From assembly GCF_009914755.1 (NCBI RefSeq), contig NC_060928.1: a DNA stretch of 64,000 nucleotides; one strand, written 5' to 3'. Below are positions 53,299 through 64,000 of this stretch, in pieces. Within the stretch, counting starts at the first letter, position 1, and every line of letters begins with the position of its first letter. Under the pieces are notes generated by a model that did not search any database, had not been told where the DNA came from, and saw only the letters and a list, made by a program, of their open reading frames with translations. Made by a program: the position numbers and the translations under genes. This stretch comes from the human T2T-CHM13v2.0 reference genome, Homo sapiens.

Positions 53299-54979
53299 GA
53301 TTGCTGGCAAGATGGCCGAATAGGAACAGATCTGGTCTGCAGCTCCCAGCAAGATCGATGCAGAAGGTGGGTGATTTCTGTGTTTCTAACTGAGGTGTCC
53401 AGTTCATCTCATTGGGACTTGTTGGACAGTGGGTGAGGCCCACGGAGGGGCATGACCTCCCCAGGGAAGTGCAAGGGGTCAGGGAATTTTCTCCCCTACC
53501 CAAGGGAAGCCATAAGGGGCTGAGCCTGAGAAACCATGCACACTCCAGCCCAGATACTGCACTCGTCCCATGGCCTTTGCAACCCAAAACCAGGAAATTC
53601 CCTCTGGTACCTACCCCACCAGGGACCTGGGTTTCAAGCACAAAACTGGGCGGCTGTTTGGTCAGACACTGAACTAGCCACAGTTTTTTTTTTTCCATAC
53701 CCCAGTGGCACCTGGAACAGCAGTGAGACAGAACCATTCACTCTCCTGGAAAGGGGTGCTGAAGCCAGTGAGCCAAGTGGTCTGTCGGCAGGTCCCACCC
53801 CCGTGGAGCCCAGCAAACTAAGATCCACTGGCTTGAAATTCTTGCTGCCAGCACAGTAGCAGTCTGAGATCAACCTGGGATGCTCGAGCTTGGTGGGGGG
53901 AGGGGCATCACCATTGCTGAGGCTTGACTAGGCGGTTTTAGGCTCACAGTGTAAACAAAGCAATGAGGAAGTTCGAACTGGGTGGAGCCACTGCAGCACA
54001 GCAAGGCTGCTGTGGCAAGACTACCAGATTTCTCCTCTGTGGGCAGGGCATCTCTGAAAAACAGGCAGCAGCCCCAGTCAGGGACTTATAGATAAAACTC
54101 GCATATCCCTGGGACAGAGCACCTGGGGGAAGGGGCGGCTGGGGGTGCAGCTTCAGCAGACTTAAAAGTGCCTGCCTGACAGCTCTGAAGAGAGCAGCAG
54201 ACCTCCCAGCACAGTGTTCAAGCTCTGCTAAGGGTTCTTGATCCTGATGTATCCAGACTGGGAGACACCTCCCAGTAGGGGCTGACAGACAGCTCATACA
54301 GGACAGCTCTGGCTGACATCTGGCGGGTGCCTCTCTGGGACTAAGCTTCCAGAGGAAAGAACAGGCAGCAATCTTTGCTGTTCTGCAGCCTCTGCGGGTG
54401 ATACCCAGGCAGACAGGGTGAGGAGTGGACCTCCAGCAAACTCTAGCCAACCTGCAGCAGAAGGGCTTGACTGTTAGAAGGAAAATAAACAGAAAGGAAT
54501 AGCACATCCACTCAAAGACCCCAACCAAAGGCCACAAACATCAAAGACCGAAGGTAAATAAATCCACAAAGATGTTGAGAAACCAGCACAAAAACACTGA
54601 AAATTCCAAAAACCAGAAGACCTCTTCTCCTCCAAAGGATCACAACTGCTTGCCAGCAAAGGAACAAAACTGGATGGAGAATGAGCTGGATTGACAGAAG
54701 TAGGCTTCAGAAAGTGAGTAATAACAAACTCCTCTGAGCTAAAAGAGCATGTTCCAAACCAATGGAATGAAGCTAAGAACCTTGAAAAACGGTTAGATGA
54801 GTTGCTAACTAAAATAACCAGGGTAGAGAAGAACATAAATGACCTGATGGAGCAGAAAAACAGCAGGAGAACTTTGTCAGGAATACACAAGTATCAATAG
54901 CTGAATTGATCAAGCAGAAGAAAAGATATCAGTAATTGAAGACCAACTTAATGAAATAAAGTGTAAAGACAAGGTTAGA
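53299..54979 (+). mobile_element. L1PA7/8-like 5' UTR and first third of ORF1 (5' part of host element 'C')
   Basis: Starts GATTGCTGGCAAGATGGCCGAATAGG with a long PA7-type 5' UTR. ORF1 relic stops at AAGACAAGGTTAGAG. Confidence 0.88.
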
Positions 54980-60242
<5,263 letters not shown>

Positions 60243-60409
60243 GAACAAGCTCTCTATTCTAATTTCAGTCCATTTCATTGATATTCTCTTGCCAGAAGTA
60301 ATGAAAATAATTCATTTTGAGAGTGTTTTCCTAGTAGGAAATAGACTACTTTTTAAATTTGTTTGCATTTCTATTTGTAGCACCTCACATAATGATTGAG
60401 ACCATAGAC

Positions 60410-63400
60410 AAAAAAAAAAAATAAAAAAAGGAGAAGTTGCAATCCTAATCTCTGATAAAAGAGACTTTAAACCAGCAAAGATCAAAAGAGACAAGGGCTT
60501 TACATAATGGTAAAGGGAAAAATGCAGCAAGAAGAGTTAACTATCCTAAATATATATGCACTCAATACAGGAGCACCCAGATTCATAAAGCAAGTCCTTA
60601 GAGACCTACGAAGAGACTTAGACTCCCACACGTTAATAATGGGAGACTTTAATACCCAACTGTCAATATTAGACAGATCAATGAGACAGAACGTGAACAA
60701 GGATATCCAGGACCTGAACTCAGATCTGCAACAAACAGACCCAATAGACATCTATGGAAATCTCCACCCCAAATCAACAGAACATACATTCTTCTCAGCA
60801 CCACATCACACTCATTCTAAAATTGACCACGTAATTGGAAGTAAAGCACTCCTCAGCAAATGTAAAAGAATGGAAATCAGAACAAACTGTCTCTCAGAAC
60901 ACAGTGCAATCAAATTAGAACTCAGAATTAAGAAGCTCACTCAAAACTGCACAACTACATAGAAACTGAACAACCTGCTCCTGAGTGACTACTGGGTAAA
61001 TAACAAAATGAAGGCAGAAATAAAGATGTTTTTTGAAACCAATGAGAATGAAGACACAATGTACCAGAATCTCTTGGATACATTTAAAGCCGTGTGTGGA
61101 GTGAAATTGATAGCACTAAATGTCCACAAGAGAAAGCAGGAAAGATCTAAAATTGACACCCTAACATCACAATTAAAAGAACAAGAGAAGCAACAGCAAA
61201 CAAATTCAAAATGTAGGAGAAAACCAGAAATAACTAAGATCAGAGCAGAACTGAAGGAGATACAGACACAAAAAAACCCTTCAAAAAATCAATGAATCTG
61301 GGAGCTGGTTTTTTTTAAAAGATCAGCAAAATATATAGAATGCTACCCAGACTAATAACGAAGAAAATAGAGAAGGATGAAATAGACACAATAAAAAATG
61401 ATACAGGGGATATCACCACTCATCCCACAGAAATACAAACTACCATCAGAGAATACTATAAACACCTTTATGCAAATAAACTAGAAATCTTAGAAGAAAT
61501 GGATAAATTCCTGGACACATACACCCTTCAAAGGCTAAACCAGAAGAAGTTGAATCCCTGAATAGACCAATAACAAGTTCTGAAAATGAGGTAGTGATTA
61601 ATAGCCTACCAAGCAAAAAAAGTCCAGGACCAGTTGGATTCACAGCCAAAGTCTACCAGAGGTACCAAGAGGAGCTGGTACCATTTCTTCTGAAACTATT
61701 CCAAACAATAGAAAAATAGGGGATCCTCCCTAACTCATTTTATGAGGCCAGCATCATTCTGATGTCAAAACCTGGCCGAGACACAACAGAAAAGGAAAAT
61801 TTCAGGCCAATATCCCTGATACAGATCGATGAGAAAATCCTCAATAAAATACTGGCAAACCAAATCCAGCAGCACATCAAAAAGCTTATGCATCATGATC
61901 AAGTCGGCTTCTACCCAGGGATGTAAGGCTCGTTCAATATATGCTAATCAATAAACGTAATCCATCACATAAACAGAACCAATGACAAAAACTACACGAT
62001 TATTTCAATAGATGCAGAAAAAGTTTCAACAAAATTCAACACCCCTTCATGCTAAAAACTCTCAATAATCTAGGTATCGATGGAACGTATCTCAAAATAG
62101 TAAGAGCTATATATGACAAACCCACAGCCAATATCATACTAAATGGGCAAAAACTGGAAAGATTCCATTTGAAAACTGGCACAAGACAGGGATGCCCTCT
62201 CTCACCACTCCTATTCAACATAGTATTGGAAGTTCTGGCCAGGGCAATCAGGCAAGAGAAAGAAATAAAGGGTATTCAAATAGGAAGGGAGGAAGTCAAA
62301 TTGTCCCTGTTTGCAGATGACATGATTGTATATTTAGAAAACCCTATTGTCTCAGCCCAAATCTCCTGATGCTGATAAGCAACTCCAGCAAATCTCAGGA
62401 TACAAAATCAATATTAAAAAATCACAAGCATTCCTATACACCAATAACAGACAAACAGAGAGCCATATCATGAGTGAACTCCCATTCACAATTGCTACAA
62501 AGAGTATAAAATACCTAGGAATACAACTTACAAGAGATGTGAAGGACCTCTTCAAGGAGAACTACAAACCACTGCTCAAGGAAATAAGAGAGGACACAAA
62601 CAAATGGAAAAGCATTCCTGCACATGAATAGGAAGAGTCAATATCATGAAAATGGCCATACTGCCCAAAGTAATGTATAGATTCTATACTATCCCCATCA
62701 AGCTACCACTAACTTTCTTCACAGAATTGGATTAAACTACTTTAAAGTTCATATGGAACCAAAAAAGAGCTTACATAGCCAAGACAATCCTAAGCAAAAA
62801 GAACAAAGCTGGAGGCATCATGCTACCTGACTTCAAACTATACTATAAGGCTACAGTAACCAAAATAGCATGGTACTGGTACCAAAACAGATATATAGAC
62901 CAGTGGAACAAAAGAGGGGCCTCAGAAACAATACCACACATCTATAACCATCTGATCTTTGACAAATCTGACAAAAACAAGCAATGTGGAAAGGATTGCC
63001 TGTTTAATAAATGGTGTTGGGAAAACTGGCTAGCCATATGCAGAAAACTGAAACTGGATCCCTACTTAAACCTTATGCAAAAATCACCTCAAGATAGATT
63101 AAGGACTTAAATGTTAAGACCTAAAAACCATAAAAATCCTAGAAGAAAACCTGCGCAATACCATTCAGGATAGGCATGGGCCAATACTTTATGTCTAAAA
63201 CACCAAAAGCAATGGCAACCGAAGCCAAGATTGACAAATGGGATCTAATTAAACTAAAGAGCTTCTGCACAGTAAAAGAAACTATCATCAGAGTGAACAG
63301 GCAACCTACAGAATGGAAGAAAAATTGCAATCTATCCATCTGGCAAAGGGCTAATATCCAGAATCTACAAAGAACCTATACAAATTTACAAGAAGAAAAC

Positions 63401-64000
63401 AACCCCATCAAAAAGTGGGCAAAGGATAGGAACAGATACTTCTCAAAAGAAGATATTTATGTGGCCAACAAACATATGAAATAAAGCTCATCATCACTGG
63501 TTATTAGAGAATTGCAAATCAAAACCACAATGAGATAGCATCTCATGCCAGTTAGAATGGCTATCATTAAAAAGTCAGGAAACAACAGATGCTGGCGAGA
63601 ATGTGGAGAAATAGGAATGCTTTTACACTGTTGGTGGGAGTGTAAATTAGTTCAATTATTCTGGAAGGCAGTGTGGCCATTCCTCAAGGATCTAGAACTA
63701 GAAATACATTTTGACCCAGCAATCCCATTACTGGTATAAACCCAAACAATTATAAATCATTCTACTATAAAGACACATGCACACGTATGTTTATTGCAGC
63801 ACTATTCACAATAGCAAAGACTTGGAACCAATTCAAATGCCCATCAGTGATATACTGGATAAAGAAAATGTGGCACATATACACCATGGGATACTATTCA
63901 TCCATATAAAAGATGAGTTCATTTCCTTTGCAGGGACATGGATGGAGCTGGAAATCATCATTCTCAGCAAATGATTTCAAGAACAGAAAACCAAACACCA
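60410..64000 (+). mobile_element. L1PA7-like element 'C', ORF2 from within the endonuclease domain; runs off the window end
   Basis: EN (LNIYALNTGAPRFIKQVL), RT ([20 protein letters not shown]...[12 protein letters not shown]) and C-terminal fragments with many stops and frameshifts. Confidence 0.92.

Overview
Primate (most likely catarrhine) nuclear DNA that is AT-rich and dominated by repeats. About 60% of the window is LINE-1 by my rough tally. I can support no intact protein-coding gene. Nearly all longer ORFs in the track are broken L1 ORF1/ORF2 pieces or their antisense frames. The rest come from a processed HNRNPA1 pseudogene (about 14.5-15.85 kb), other repeats or random unique sequence. 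Other content: a complete THE1D-type MaLR provirus interrupted by a 5'-inverted L1, MLT1 LTRs, MER1B, Alus (J and S), MIR/L2/L3 relics and microsatellites. The most unusual signal is that several neighbouring L1PA copies between 31 and 64 kb share private lesions, including frameshifts and a hairpin-forming 3' lesion, in a patchwork pattern. This points to local non-allelic gene conversion or copying of a dead L1 rather than independent retrotransposition. There are also three clear twin-priming inversions, two candidate 3' transductions, two insertions with target-site deletions and several template-switch scars. Subfamily names rest on consensus sequences recalled from memory, and boundaries of old elements are approximate.
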